Assembly (NCBI RefSeq): GCF_965641715.1
Contig: NZ_OZ282453.1
Source: Escherichia coli
GTDB lineage: Bacteria > Pseudomonadota > Gammaproteobacteria > Enterobacterales > Enterobacteriaceae
Strand: one strand, 5' to 3'
Length of the DNA: 64,000 nt
The notes beneath the pieces are model-generated. The model saw only the letters and a list, made by a program, of their open reading frames with translations, did no database searches and was not told where the DNA came from. Positions 1 through 10,683 of the stretch are shown piece after piece (position 1 is the first letter of the stretch; the number at the start of each line of letters is the position of its first letter). The translations under genes and the position numbers were made by a program.

Positions 1-1070
1 GCCCACTATTGGATCGTAAAGGCCCACGCCTGATGCTGGGACTGGGGATGTTCTTCTGGTCACTGTTCCAGGCCATGTCTGGCATGGTGCACAGCTTTAC
101 GCAGTTCGTGTTGGTGCGTATCGGTATGGGGATTGGTGAAGCGCCGATGAACCCATGCGGTGTAAAAGTCATTAACGACTGGTTCAACATCAAAGAGCGC
201 GGACGCCCGATGGGCTTCTTCAACGCAGCTTCTACCATTGGCGTTGCCGTAAGCCCACCGATTCTGGCGGCGATGATGCTGGTGATGGGCTGGCGCGGGA
301 TGTTTATTACCATTGGTGTACTGGGGATTTTTCTCGCCATCGGCTGGTATATGCTCTATCGCAACCGCGAGCACGTAGAACTGACTGCCGTTGAACAAGC
401 TTATCTCAATGCAGGTAGCGTCAATGCCCGCCGAGATCCGCTCAGTTTTGCCGAATGGCGCAGCCTGTTCCGTAACCGCACAATGTGGGGAATGATGCTC
501 GGATTCAGTGGCATCAACTACACTGCGTGGCTGTATCTGGCCTGGCTTCCTGGTTACCTGCAAACAGCCTATAACCTGGATTTAAAAAGCACAGGGTTGA
601 TGGCGGCTATCCCTTTCCTGTTTGGGGCTGCCGGGATGCTGGTCAACGGTTACGTTACTGACTGGCTGGTCAAAGGGGGAATGGCTCCGATTAAAAGCCG
701 TAAGATCTGCATTATTGCCGGGATGTTCTGTTCTGCCGCCTTTACGCTGATAGTACCACAAGCGACAACATCCATGATGGCGGTTCTGCTGATTGGCATG
801 GCACTGTTCTGTATTCACTTTGCCGGAACATCCTGCTGGGGCTTGATCCACGTCGCAGTTGCTTCTCGCATGACTGCGTCGGTGGGCAGTATCCAGAACT
901 TTGCCAGCTTCATCTGCGCCTCTTTCGCGCCGATCATTACTGGTTTTATTGTTGATACAACCCACTCATTCCGTCTGGCACTAATCATTTGCGGTTGCGT
1001 CACCGCAGCGGGAGCACTGGCGTACATCTTCCTGGTTCGTCAGCCGATCAACGACCCGCGTAAAGATTAA
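1..1070 (+). CDS. lgoT: MFS transporter, 3' portion (gene starts upstream of window); probable L-galactonate transporter
   Basis: ORF 9..1070 has typical MFS hydrophobic repeats and runs open from the window edge; lies convergent with tsr as yjjL/lgoT does in K-12 (identity from synteny and memory). Confidence 0.6.
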   Translation, partial: PLLDRKGPRLMLGLGMFFWSLFQAMSGMVHSFTQFVLVRIGMGIGEAPMNPCGVKVINDWFNIKERGRPMGFFNAASTIGVAVSPPILAAMMLVMGWRGMFITIGVLGIFLAIGWYMLYRNREHVELTAVEQAYLNAGSVNARRDPLSFAEWRSLFRNRTMWGMMLGFSGINYTAWLYLAWLPGYLQTAYNLDLKSTGLMAAIPFLFGAAGMLVNGYVTDWLVKGGMAPIKSRKICIIAGMFCSAAFTLIVPQATTSMMAVLLIGMALFCIHFAGTSCWGLIHVAVASRMTASVGSIQNFASFICASFAPIITGFIVDTTHSFRLALIICGCVTAAGALAYIFLVRQPINDPRKD

Positions 1071-1077
1071 ACTCCCT

Positions 1078-1111
1078 ATGCCCGATAACATTTTGCTTAT
1101 CGGGCATTTTT
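1078..1111. terminator. Hairpin plus T-run between convergent lgoT and tsr
   Basis: Inverted repeat ATGCCCGATAA / TTATCGGGCAT followed by TTTT; coordinates approximate. Confidence 0.6.
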
Positions 1112-1118
1112 ATGGCGA

Positions 1119-2783
1119 TTAAAACGTTTCCCAGTTCTCCCCGCTATCTGCCACTGCCATTTTACGCGGCGTAGCTGGCGTCACGGTTTTTACCACAGCC
1201 GATGTTTCACGCTGCTGTTGCTGCTGTTGCTGAATCCGGAACACTGCCACAGCTTCGGTCAGGCGACTGGCCTGCTCTTCCAGCGCGGCGGCGGCAGCGG
1301 CAGATTCTTCCACCAGCGCGGCGTTCTGTTGAGTTACCCGGTCCATCTCAGCAACCGCTAAGCCAACCTGATCGATACCACGGCTCTGCTCATCAGAAGC
1401 AGAAGCAATTTCGCCCATAATGTCCGTCACGCGGGTCACAGCACTGACAATCTCCGCCATTGTTTCCCCGGCGCTTTCGACCAGCGTAGAGCCAACATCC
1501 ACTTTCCCCACCGAGTCTTCAATCAGGCTTTTAATTTCACGAGCCGCCTGGGCGCTACGCTGGGCCAGATTACGCACTTCACCCGCGACCACCGCAAAAC
1601 CGCGCCCTTGCTCACCCGCACGCGCAGCCTCAACCGCCGCGTTCAAAGCCAGAATATTGGTCTGGAAAGCAATGCCGTCAATTACGCTGATAATATCGGC
1701 GATTTTCTGCGAACTGGTGGAGATATCGCGCATAGTCTGCACCACGTTATCTACCACTTTGCCGCCGCGTTGCGCCGTTTCAGAAGCACTTAATGCCAGA
1801 TGGCTGGCCTGGCGCGCATTCTCGGCGTTCTGTTTCACCGTTGCGGTCAGTTGCTCCATGCTGGCTGCCGTCTCTTCCAGCGAAGCGGCCTGTTGCTCGG
1901 TGCGCGAAGAGAGATCGTTATTGCCGGTAGCGATTTCGCTGGCACCGCTATAGATGGCATTGGCCCCGTTGCGCACATCACCGACGGTACGCATCAGTTC
2001 TCCCTGCATATGGCGCAAACTCTCTGCCAGTTGCCCCATCTCATTAGAGCCATCCACCTCAATCGGTTTCACCAGATCGCCGCCTGCAATATGACGGATG
2101 CTGTCAATCAGGCGATTCATTGGCGCTACCAGCGAGGCTTTAATACCGAACCAGACGGCGAAGATGACCGCCAGTACCACGATCATCACGCCCACCAGAA
2201 TCCACATCGCCTGGCTGTAGGAGGCATTGTTATCGCTGACGGCGATATCATAGAGCCGATCGTTTTGCTCCATGTAAGCCACATACTGCTTCTCGAAACC
2301 GTCTTGATATCCCTGGGTCGGCTGATCAAAGAACTCGTTGATTTTGCCTGCACCTAACAGTTGGATCAGCTCCGCCAGCGCATTGTGATAAATATCGTAA
2401 TTACGTTTGATCTCTGCCGCTGCGGCGGTGCTCTGACGCGGGTCACGCGGCAACGCTTCGTAATCCGCCCAGTTTTTTTCCGCCTGTTTCAACGAAATAC
2501 TGGCACTCTGCATCAGCTCAGCAACGGTTGAACCGCTACCAATATTATTCTGATCCATCATGTAGCGGATACCCGCGCGGTTGAGGGTGTTACGCGTCTG
2601 CAACAACGCGACCCAGCTGCCATTCAGCGTGGATTGCTGCTGGCGAATGGTTTGTAAAACAGTGAAATTTTCTTTGTCATTCTTTAAGGCATTAAAGAAC
2701 AGACCGCCTGATGTCAGTTGTAAAAGGCCAAAAACGGCCAAAACCAGCAGTAAGCTGGTCACGATCTTGATACGTTTTAACAT
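1119..2783 (-). CDS. tsr: Methyl-accepting chemotaxis protein I (serine chemoreceptor)
   Basis: 554-aa ORF with HAMP and MCP signalling domain, Q/E methylation regions and C-terminal NWETF pentapeptide. Confidence 0.95.
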   Translation of the reverse strand: MLKRIKIVTSLLLVLAVFGLLQLTSGGLFFNALKNDKENFTVLQTIRQQQSTLNGSWVALLQTRNTLNRAGIRYMMDQNNIGSGSTVAELMQSASISLKQAEKNWADYEALPRDPRQSTAAAAEIKRNYDIYHNALAELIQLLGAGKINEFFDQPTQGYQDGFEKQYVAYMEQNDRLYDIAVSDNNASYSQAMWILVGVMIVVLAVIFAVWFGIKASLVAPMNRLIDSIRHIAGGDLVKPIEVDGSNEMGQLAESLRHMQGELMRTVGDVRNGANAIYSGASEIATGNNDLSSRTEQQAASLEETAASMEQLTATVKQNAENARQASHLALSASETAQRGGKVVDNVVQTMRDISTSSQKIADIISVIDGIAFQTNILALNAAVEAARAGEQGRGFAVVAGEVRNLAQRSAQAAREIKSLIEDSVGKVDVGSTLVESAGETMAEIVSAVTRVTDIMGEIASASDEQSRGIDQVGLAVAEMDRVTQQNAALVEESAAAAAALEEQASRLTEAVAVFRIQQQQQQQRETSAVVKTVTPATPRKMAVADSGENWETF

Positions 2784-2812
2784 GGTTTCTCTTTCCTGTG
2801 GACCGATGCAAG

Positions 2813-2840
2813 ATTTTCGGCCTGGAAAGCAAAAACTTTA
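2813..2840 (-). promoter_or_regulatory. Sigma-28 (FliA) class III promoter for tsr
   Basis: Minus strand reads TAAAGTTT - 11 nt - GCCGAAAAT, matching the sigma-28 consensus TAAAGTTT-N11-GCCGATAA, about 30 nt upstream of the tsr ATG. Confidence 0.7.
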
Positions 2841-2901
2841 TGAAAAGGTGTAACCCGCCATCCATGGAAAAACCAGGCGCTGGTTATCAGATACTAAAAA
2901 G

Positions 2902-3348
2902 TTATTCATTATCGCCCGGGATGTCTTCTTGTCGGGAATTGCCCAGAGCAATAAATTCCTCTAACAGATGGGTTAACTGTTGCATTTTCTCGGCAGTAAA
3001 CTGAGCTTCAATCTGCCGATAGGCTTCTTCAATCTGTGTCTGAGCGCGGTTATACAGCGCCTGCCCCTCTTTGGTCAGCGAGATATAGAGCTTCCGCTGA
3101 TCATTGATCGGCTTTAATCGCAACACTAGACCGTCGCGTTCCATCCGCGTGAGGATCCCGGTCAGGCTTGGGCGCAAAATGCAGGCGCGATACGCCAGAT
3201 CGTGAAAATCCATTGATGGGCTTTCCGCCAGAATACGCACGATGCGCCACTGTTGCTCAGTCAAATTATGCCGTTTAACGATTGGGCGAAAATAACTCAT
3301 CGCCGCTTCTCGCGCCTGGAGCAACGCAATGGTTAGTGAGTCGTGCAT
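2902..3348 (-). CDS. hpaR: MarR-family repressor of the homoprotocatechuate pathway
   Basis: ORF 2902..3429; likely start at internal Met (MHDSLTIALLQ...) giving about 148 aa; MarR-like wHTH; divergent from hpaG. Confidence 0.85.
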   Translation of the reverse strand: MHDSLTIALLQAREAAMSYFRPIVKRHNLTEQQWRIVRILAESPSMDFHDLAYRACILRPSLTGILTRMERDGLVLRLKPINDQRKLYISLTKEGQALYNRAQTQIEEAYRQIEAQFTAEKMQQLTHLLEEFIALGNSRQEDIPGDNE

Positions 3349-3570
3349 TATCTTTCCCCTGAAAAATTCAAAATCATTAATATAGAAACAGTTAATCGTC
3401 ACGTTACCGGGACTGCGCTGTCCCTGCAATTCCTGATTTTATCAAAATTGATGATATTTTATTAACTTACTGATATTTAATATTTTATTATCTTTAAATG
3501 TAAATAGTTTGTTAATTAGATCACATTTACATCACTTACTTTTGCCAAACTACGCAATCGGGAATAAAAG

Positions 3571-3594
3571 TAATCATTAACATATTAATGATTA
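3571..3594. promoter_or_regulatory. Perfect 10-bp-arm palindrome in the hpaR-hpaG divergent promoter region; candidate HpaR operator
   Basis: TAATCATTAA-cata-TTAATGATTA, 26-49 bp upstream of the hpaG ATG inside an AT-rich spacer. Confidence 0.5.
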
Positions 3595-3619
3595 AGATGA
3601 TCGAATCCGAGGAGTGGTA

Positions 3620-4909
3620 ATGAAAGGCACTATCTTCGCCGTAGCGTTGAACCATCGCAGCCAGCTTGATGCATGGCAGGACGCGTTCCAGCAATCCCCC
3701 TACAAAGCCCCGCCTAAAACTGCGGTCTGGTTTATTAAACCGCGCAATACGGTGATTGGTTGCGGTGAACCGATTCCCTTTCCACAGAGTGAAAAGGTAC
3801 TGAGCGGTGCGACAGTTGCGCTGATTGTGGGAAAAACGGCGACGAAAGTACGTGAAGAAGATGCGGCAGAGTACATCGCCGGATATGCGCTGGCTAACGA
3901 CGTCAGCCTGCCGGAAGAGAGCTTTTACCGTCCGGCAATCAAAGCAAAATGTCGTGATGGATTCTGCCCCATTGGCGAAACCGTGGCTCTCAGCAATGTC
4001 GATAATCTGACTATCTATACCGAGATCAACGGGCGTCCTGCCGATCACTGGAATACCGCCGATTTACAACGTAACGCCGCACAGCTGCTGAGCGCCCTGA
4101 GCGAATTTGCCACGCTGAATCCAGGCGATGCTATTCTGCTCGGCACGCCACAGGCGCGCGTGGAAATACAGCCAGGCGATCGCGTGCGTGTTCTCGCAGA
4201 AGGTTTCCCGCCGCTGGAAAATCCGGTAGTGGACGAACGTGAAGTGACCACGCGCAAGAGCTTCCCAACGCAGCCACACCCGCACGGCACGCTGTTTGCC
4301 CTCGGCCTGAACTACGCCGACCACGCCAGCGAACTGGAATTTAAGCCACCGGAAGAACCGCTGGTGTTCCTGAAAGCGCCGAATACCCTCACTGGCGATA
4401 ACCAGACCTCCGTGCGCCCGAACAATATTGAATACATGCACTACGAAGCGGAGCTGGTGGTGGTGATTGGCAAGCAGGCGCGTAACGTCAGCGAAGCCGA
4501 TGCCATGGATTATGTCGCGGGCTACACCGTGTGTAACGACTACGCCATTCGCGACTATCTGGAAAACTACTACCGCCCTAACCTGCGGGTAAAAAGCCGC
4601 GACGGACTGACGCCGATGCTTTCAACCATCGTGCCGAAAGAGGCGATCCCGGACCCGCATAATCTGACCCTTCGCACCTTCGTCAACGGCGAGTTACGCC
4701 AGCAAGGCACCACCGCCGATCTGATCTTCAGCGTGCCCTTCCTGATCGCCTACTTAAGCGAATTTATGACCCTGAATCCGGGCGACATGATCGCCACCGG
4801 CACACCAAAAGGCTTATCTGACGTGGTGCCTGGCGATGAAGTAGTGGTGGAAGTAGAAGGCGTGGGCCGCTTGGTGAACCGAATTGTGAGTGAGGATACA
4901 GCGAAATGA
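3620..4909 (+). CDS. hpaG: Bifunctional OPET decarboxylase / HHDD isomerase (FAH family, duplicated domain)
   Basis: 429-aa product; GGAG SD 5 nt upstream of ATG 3620; stop overlaps hpaE start (ATGA). Confidence 0.9.
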   Translation: MKGTIFAVALNHRSQLDAWQDAFQQSPYKAPPKTAVWFIKPRNTVIGCGEPIPFPQSEKVLSGATVALIVGKTATKVREEDAAEYIAGYALANDVSLPEESFYRPAIKAKCRDGFCPIGETVALSNVDNLTIYTEINGRPADHWNTADLQRNAAQLLSALSEFATLNPGDAILLGTPQARVEIQPGDRVRVLAEGFPPLENPVVDEREVTTRKSFPTQPHPHGTLFALGLNYADHASELEFKPPEEPLVFLKAPNTLTGDNQTSVRPNNIEYMHYEAELVVVIGKQARNVSEADAMDYVAGYTVCNDYAIRDYLENYYRPNLRVKSRDGLTPMLSTIVPKEAIPDPHNLTLRTFVNGELRQQGTTADLIFSVPFLIAYLSEFMTLNPGDMIATGTPKGLSDVVPGDEVVVEVEGVGRLVNRIVSEDTAK

Positions 4910-6372
4910 AAAAAGTAAATCATTGGATCAACGGCAAAAATGTCGCAGGTAACGACTACTTCCAGACCACCAATCCGGCAACCGGTGAAGTGCTGGCGGA
5001 TGTGGCCTCTGGCGGTGAAGCGGAGATCAATCAGGCGGTAGCGGCAGCGAAAGAGGCGTTCCCGAAATGGGCCAATCTGCCGATGAAAGAGCGTGCGCGC
5101 CTGATGCGCCGTCTGGGCGATCTGATCGACCAGAACGTGCCGGAGATCGCCGCGATGGAAACCGCTGACACGGGCCTGCCGATCCATCAGACCAAAAACG
5201 TGTTGATCCCACGCGCTTCCCACAACTTTGAATTTTTCGCGGAAGTCTGCCAGCAGATGAACGGCAAGACCTATCCGGTTGACGACAAGATGCTCAACTA
5301 CACGCTGGTGCAGCCGGTGGGCGTTTGTGCGCTGGTATCGCCGTGGAACGTGCCGTTTATGACCGCCACCTGGAAGGTCGCGCCGTGTCTGGCGCTGGGC
5401 AATACCGCGGTGCTGAAGATGTCCGAACTCTCCCCGCTGACCGCTGACCGCCTGGGTGAGCTGGCGCTGGAAGCCGGTATTCCGGCGGGCGTGCTGAACG
5501 TGGTACAGGGCTACGGCGCAACCGCAGGCGATGCGCTGGTCCGTCATCATGACGTGCGTGCCGTGTCGTTCACCGGCGGTACGGCGACCGGGCGCAATAT
5601 CATGAAAAACGCCGGGCTGAAAAAATACTCCATGGAACTGGGCGGTAAATCGCCGGTGCTGATTTTTGAAGATGCCGATATTGAGCGCGCGCTGGACGCC
5701 GCCCTGTTCACCATCTTCTCGATCAACGGCGAACGCTGCACCGCCGGTTCGCGCATCTTTATTCAGCAGAGCATCTACCCGGAATTTATAAAGCGCTTTG
5801 CCGAACGCGCTAACCGTCTGCGCGTGGGCGATCCGACCGATCCGAATACCCAGGTGGGGGCGCTTATCAGCCAGCAACACTGGGAAAAAGTCTCCGGCTA
5901 TATCCGTCTGGGCATTGAAGAAGGCGCAACCCTGCTGGCGGGCGGCCCGGATAAACCGTCCGACCTGCCTGCGCACCTGAAAGGCGGCAACTTCCTGCGC
6001 CCAACGGTGCTGGCGGATGTCGATAACCGCATGCGAGTGGCGCAGGAAGAGATCTTCGGGCCGGTCGCCTGCCTGCTGCCGTTTAAAGACGAAGCCGAAG
6101 GTCTGCGCCTGGCAAACGACGTGGAGTACGGCCTCGCGTCGTACATCTGGACACAGGATGTCAGCAAAGTGTTACGCCTGGCGCGTGGCATTGAAGCAGG
6201 CATGGTGTTCGTCAACACCCAGAACGTGCGTGACCTGCGCCAGCCATTTGGCGGCGTAAAAGCCTCCGGCACCGGGCGTGAAGGCGGTGAGTACAGCTTC
6301 GAAGTGTTCGCGGAAATGAAGAACGTCTGCATTTCCATGGGCGACCATCCCATTCCGAAATGGGGAGTCTGA
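4906..6372 (+). CDS. hpaE: 5-carboxymethyl-2-hydroxymuconate semialdehyde dehydrogenase
   Basis: 488-aa aldehyde dehydrogenase family ORF. Confidence 0.9.
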   Translation: MKKVNHWINGKNVAGNDYFQTTNPATGEVLADVASGGEAEINQAVAAAKEAFPKWANLPMKERARLMRRLGDLIDQNVPEIAAMETADTGLPIHQTKNVLIPRASHNFEFFAEVCQQMNGKTYPVDDKMLNYTLVQPVGVCALVSPWNVPFMTATWKVAPCLALGNTAVLKMSELSPLTADRLGELALEAGIPAGVLNVVQGYGATAGDALVRHHDVRAVSFTGGTATGRNIMKNAGLKKYSMELGGKSPVLIFEDADIERALDAALFTIFSINGERCTAGSRIFIQQSIYPEFIKRFAERANRLRVGDPTDPNTQVGALISQQHWEKVSGYIRLGIEEGATLLAGGPDKPSDLPAHLKGGNFLRPTVLADVDNRMRVAQEEIFGPVACLLPFKDEAEGLRLANDVEYGLASYIWTQDVSKVLRLARGIEAGMVFVNTQNVRDLRQPFGGVKASGTGREGGEYSFEVFAEMKNVCISMGDHPIPKWGV

Positions 6373-6373
6373 T

Positions 6374-7225
6374 ATGGGTAAGTTAGCATTAGCAGCAAAA
6401 ATCACACACGTACCGTCGATGTATCTCTCTGAACTGCCTGGGAAAAACCACGGTTGTCGCCAGGGCGCGATCGACGGGCATAAAGAGATCAGCAAGCGTT
6501 GCCGGGAAATGGGCGTCGATACCATTATCGTTTTCGATACCCACTGGCTGGTCAACAGTGCTTATCACATCAACTGTGCAGACCATTTTGAAGGCGTCTA
6601 CACCAGCAACGAGCTGCCGCATTTTATTCGTGACATGACCTACAACTACGAGGGCAACCCGGAGTTGGGGCAGCTTATTGCCGATGAAGCCTTAAAGCTC
6701 GGCGTGCGGGCGAAAGCGCACAACATTCCCAGCCTCAAACTGGAGTACGGCACGCTGGTACCGATGCGCTACATGAATGAAGACAAGCGCTTCAAAGTGG
6801 TCTCCATTTCGGCTTTCTGCACGGTTCACGATTTTGCCGACAGCCGCAAGCTGGGCGAAGCGATTCTGAAAGCGATCGAACAGTACGACGGCACCGTGGC
6901 GGTCCTTGCCAGCGGTTCGTTATCGCACCGCTTTATTGACGATCAGCGTGCGGAAGAAGGGATGAACAGCTATACCCGCGAGTTCGACCGCCAGATGGAC
7001 GAGCGTGTGGTGAAGCTGTGGCGCGAAGGCCAGTTCAAAGAGTTTTGCAATATGCTGCCGGAGTACACCGACTACTGCTACGGCGAAGGCAATATGCACG
7101 ACACGGTGATGCTGCTGGGGATGCTCGGCTGGGATAAATACGACGGCAAGGTGGAGTTTATTACCGAGCTGTTCCCAAGCTCTGGCACCGGTCAGGTTAA
7201 CGCTGTTTTCCCGCTGCCCGCGTAA
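6374..7225 (+). CDS. hpaD: Homoprotocatechuate 2,3-dioxygenase (extradiol)
   Basis: 283-aa ORF immediately after hpaE. Confidence 0.9.
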   Translation: MGKLALAAKITHVPSMYLSELPGKNHGCRQGAIDGHKEISKRCREMGVDTIIVFDTHWLVNSAYHINCADHFEGVYTSNELPHFIRDMTYNYEGNPELGQLIADEALKLGVRAKAHNIPSLKLEYGTLVPMRYMNEDKRFKVVSISAFCTVHDFADSRKLGEAILKAIEQYDGTVAVLASGSLSHRFIDDQRAEEGMNSYTREFDRQMDERVVKLWREGQFKEFCNMLPEYTDYCYGEGNMHDTVMLLGMLGWDKYDGKVEFITELFPSSGTGQVNAVFPLPA

Positions 7226-7234
7226 GGACGTTTT

Positions 7235-7615
7235 ATGCCGCACTTTATCGTGGAATGTACTGAAAATATTCGTGAAGAAGCCCGCTTACCTGAGCTGTTT
7301 GCCAGTGTTAACACTGCACTGGCGGCAACGGGGATTTTTCCGCTTGGGGGAATACGTAGCCGGGCGCACTGGATCGATACCTGGCAAATGGCTGATGGCA
7401 AGCACGATTACGCCTTTGTGCATATGACGCTAAAAATCGGCAGCGGACGCAGTCTGGAAAGCCGTCAGGAAGTGGGCGAAATGCTGTTTGATCTGATTAA
7501 AACGCACTTCGCCTCACTGATGGAGAGCCGTTACCTGGCGCTTTCATTTGAGATTGCAGAGCTGCACCCGACGTTGAATTTCAAACAGAACAACGTACAC
7601 GCGTTGTTTAAATAA
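7235..7615 (+). CDS. hpaF: 5-carboxymethyl-2-hydroxymuconate isomerase
   Basis: 126-aa ORF, size and operon position. Confidence 0.85.
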   Translation: MPHFIVECTENIREEARLPELFASVNTALAATGIFPLGGIRSRAHWIDTWQMADGKHDYAFVHMTLKIGSGRSLESRQEVGEMLFDLIKTHFASLMESRYLALSFEIAELHPTLNFKQNNVHALFK

Positions 7616-7629
7616 ATTTGCACCAGCTT

Positions 7630-7662
7630 CCAGGCCGGATGATAAGGCGCTGCCGCATCCGG
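7630..7662. repeat. REP-like palindromic unit in the hpaF-hpaH spacer
   Basis: GCCGGATGATAAGGCG...CGCATCCGGC palindromic GC-rich unit. Confidence 0.5.
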
Positions 7663-7682
7663 CAATGCCACAGGATATCGCT

Positions 7683-8486
7683 ATGTTCGATAAACACACC
7701 CACACCCTGATCGCCCAGCGTCTGGATCAGGCAGAAAAACAGCGCGAACAGATCCGCGCGATCTCCCTGGATTATCCGGAGATCACCATCGAAGACGCTT
7801 ACGCGGTGCAGCGTGAATGGGTTCGACTGAAAATCGCCGAAGGTCGCACGCTGAAAGGCCACAAAATCGGCCTGACCTCGAAAGCGATGCAGGCCAGCTC
7901 GCAGATCAGCGAACCAGATTACGGTGCCCTGCTGGATGACATGTTCTTCCACGATGGCAGCGATATCCCGACCGATCGCTTTATCGTGCCGCGCATTGAA
8001 GTGGAGCTGGCTTTCGTGCTGGCAAAACCGCTGCGTGGGCCAAACTGCACGCTGTTCGACGTTTACAACGCCACGGACTATGTGATCCCGGCGCTGGAGC
8101 TGATCGACGCTCGCTGCCACAACATCGATCCGGAAACCCAGCGCCCGCGTAAAGTGTTCGACACCATTTCTGATAACGCCGCCAATGCCGGGGTGATCCT
8201 CGGTGGTCGTCCCATTAAGCCCGATGAGTTGGATCTACGTTGGATCTCCGCCCTGATGTATCGCAATGGCGTGATTGAAGAAACCGGCGTCGCCGCTGGT
8301 GTGCTGAATCATCCGGCAAACGGCGTGGCCTGGCTGGCGAACAAACTCGCACCCTATGACGTACAACTGGAAGCCGGGCAAATCATTCTCGGCGGTTCGT
8401 TTACCCGCCCGGTTCCGGCGCGTAAGGGCGACACCTTCCACGTCGATTACGGCAACATGGGCTCCATTAGCTGCCGCTTTGTTTAA
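7683..8486 (+). CDS. hpaH: 2-oxo-hept-3-ene-1,7-dioate hydratase
   Basis: ORF 7665..8486; likely start MFDKHTHTL... (about 267 aa). Confidence 0.85.
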   Translation: MFDKHTHTLIAQRLDQAEKQREQIRAISLDYPEITIEDAYAVQREWVRLKIAEGRTLKGHKIGLTSKAMQASSQISEPDYGALLDDMFFHDGSDIPTDRFIVPRIEVELAFVLAKPLRGPNCTLFDVYNATDYVIPALELIDARCHNIDPETQRPRKVFDTISDNAANAGVILGGRPIKPDELDLRWISALMYRNGVIEETGVAAGVLNHPANGVAWLANKLAPYDVQLEAGQIILGGSFTRPVPARKGDTFHVDYGNMGSISCRFV

Positions 8487-8496
8487 GGAGAGAACG

Positions 8497-9300
8497 ATGG
8501 AAAACAGTTTTAAAGCGGCGCTGAAAGCAGGCCGCCCGCAGATCGGATTATGGCTGGGGCTGAGTAGCAGTTACAGCGCAGAGTTACTGGCCGGAGCAGG
8601 ATTCGACTGGTTGTTGATCGACGGTGAACACGCGCCGAACAACGTGCAAACCGTGCTCACCCAGCTACAGGCGATTGCGCCCTATCCCAGCCAACCGGTA
8701 GTACGTCCGTCGTGGAACGATCCAGTGCAAATCAAACAACTGCTGGACGTCGGTACACAAACCTTACTGGTGCCGATGGTACAAAACGCTGACGAAGCCC
8801 GTGAAGCGGTATGCGCCACCCGTTATCCCCCCGCCGGTATTCGCGGTGTGGGCAGTGCGCTGGCTCGCGCCTCGCGCTGGAATCGTATTCCTGATTACCT
8901 GCAAAAAGCCAACGATCAAATGTGCGTGCTGGTGCAGATCGAAACGCGTGAGGCAATGAAGAACTTACCGCAGATTCTGGACGTGGAAGGAGTCGACGGC
9001 GTGTTTATCGGCCCGGCGGATCTGAGCGCCGATATGGGTTATGCCGGTAATCCACAGCACCCGGAAGTACAGGTCGCCATTGAGCAGGCGATCGTGCAGA
9101 TCCGCGAAGCGGGCAAAGCGCCGGGGATTCTGATCGCCAATGAGCAACTGGCAAAACGCTATCTGGAACTGGGCGCGCTGTTTGTCGCCGTCGGCGTTGA
9201 CACCACCCTGCTCGCCCGCGCCGCTGAAGCGCTGGCAGCACGGTTTGGTAATAGTTCTTCTATTTCGATGGCGAAGCAAAACAACAACTCTGTCTACTAA
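8497..9300 (+). CDS. hpaI: 2,4-dihydroxyhept-2-ene-1,7-dioate aldolase
   Basis: HpcH/HpaI aldolase family; true start MENSFKAAL... with AAGGAG SD; the ORF-track start at 8356 is an overlapping upstream extension. Confidence 0.85.
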   Translation: MENSFKAALKAGRPQIGLWLGLSSSYSAELLAGAGFDWLLIDGEHAPNNVQTVLTQLQAIAPYPSQPVVRPSWNDPVQIKQLLDVGTQTLLVPMVQNADEAREAVCATRYPPAGIRGVGSALARASRWNRIPDYLQKANDQMCVLVQIETREAMKNLPQILDVEGVDGVFIGPADLSADMGYAGNPQHPEVQVAIEQAIVQIREAGKAPGILIANEQLAKRYLELGALFVAVGVDTTLLARAAEALAARFGNSSSISMAKQNNNSVY

Positions 9301-9321
9301 ACGTACGATGTGGAGCGCATC

Positions 9322-10677
9322 ATGACGACCTCTACCCTGCAATATAAAGATAATAAAACTGTTGAAATTGAACATCGTGTCATTAATAAATTATTTCGTC
9401 GCCTAATCATTTTTCTTTTTATTCTGTTTGTTTTTTCGTTTCTTGATCGCATCAATATAGGATTTGCCGGACTGACAATGGGCAAGGATCTTGGCCTGAC
9501 GTCCACAATGTTTGGCCTCGCCGCGACACTCTTTTATGTCACGTACGTCATGTGCGGGATCCCCAGTAATATGATGTTAGCGAAAATTGGCGCTCGTCGA
9601 TGGATCGCTGGGATCATGGTGGTCTGGGGAATTGCTTCCACCTGCACAATGTTTGCAACAAGCCCCGAAACACTCTATCTACTGCGTATGCTGGTTGGTA
9701 TTGCTGAGGCGGGTTTTTTACCTGGTATTTTGGTTTATCTGACCTGGTGGTTCCCGGCATATCATCGGGCCAGAGCCAATGCCTTATTTATGATAGCGAT
9801 GCCAGTCACTATGATGCTGGGATCGATCCTTTCAGGCTACATTCTGGCCTTGGATGGACTGTGGAATCTAAAAGGCTGGCAATGGCTCTTTTTGCTGGAA
9901 GGTCTGCCATCGGTCATTCTTGGTGTCGTCACCTGGTTTTATCTCAACGACACACCAGACCAGGCGACCTGGCTTGATGAAAACGAAAAACAGGCTTTAA
10001 AAACGATGATTCTCCGTGAACAAGAGAGTGCATTTGCCCATGCATCTGTTCCACGCTCAACCTTACGTGAAGTCCTGACCCCAGCCATCATGCTATATAC
10101 ACTTGCTTATTTTTGCCTGACCAATACTCTGAGTGCGATTAATATCTGGACGCCGCAAATCCTACAGAGTTTCAATACTGGCAGTAGCAACATCATGATT
10201 GGTTTGCTGGCGGCCATCCCCCAATTCTGCACAATTTTTGGCATGATCTGGTGGAGTCGTCGTTCCGACCGTCTTAAAGAACGCAAAAAGCATACGATTC
10301 TTCCCTACCTGTTTGCCGCTGCCGGATGGTTACTCGCTTCTGCGACAGATCACAGCCTCATTCAACTGAGCGGCATCATTATGGCCTCAATGGGATCATT
10401 TACCGCGATGGCTATCTTTTGGACAACACCGGATCAAGTTATAAGCTTGCAATCGCGTGCCGTTGCGATGGCTGTCATCAATGCTGTCGGCAATGTAGGT
10501 TCAGCAGTCAGTCCATTACTTATCGGTATTTTGAAAGATGCAACCGGCAGTTTTAGCTCAGGTTTGTGGTTTGTAGCAGGATTGCTGGTACTGGGCGCGT
10601 TAGTCATGACCCGAATCCCTATGGGGAGTCGGGAACACTCTCTTTCATCTGAACTTATCGCACCAAAACCGCAATAA
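9322..10677 (+). CDS. hpaX: 4-hydroxyphenylacetate permease (MFS)
   Basis: MFS transporter ORF; ATG 9322 has a GGAG SD (track start 9310 is GTG inside the SD); lower GC than flanking hpa genes. Confidence 0.85.
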   Translation: MTTSTLQYKDNKTVEIEHRVINKLFRRLIIFLFILFVFSFLDRINIGFAGLTMGKDLGLTSTMFGLAATLFYVTYVMCGIPSNMMLAKIGARRWIAGIMVVWGIASTCTMFATSPETLYLLRMLVGIAEAGFLPGILVYLTWWFPAYHRARANALFMIAMPVTMMLGSILSGYILALDGLWNLKGWQWLFLLEGLPSVILGVVTWFYLNDTPDQATWLDENEKQALKTMILREQESAFAHASVPRSTLREVLTPAIMLYTLAYFCLTNTLSAINIWTPQILQSFNTGSSNIMIGLLAAIPQFCTIFGMIWWSRRSDRLKERKKHTILPYLFAAAGWLLASATDHSLIQLSGIIMASMGSFTAMAIFWTTPDQVISLQSRAVAMAVINAVGNVGSAVSPLLIGILKDATGSFSSGLWFVAGLLVLGALVMTRIPMGSREHSLSSELIAPKPQ

Positions 10678-10683
10678 GGAGTC

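Noticed and set aside
4750-5976. 408-aa minus-strand ORF
   Set aside because: Antisense to hpaE, which has strong aldehyde-dehydrogenase features
8356-8496. Upstream extension of hpaI in the ORF track
   Set aside because: Overlaps the hpaH 3' end in another frame; an AAGGAG SD supports the downstream ATG at 8497
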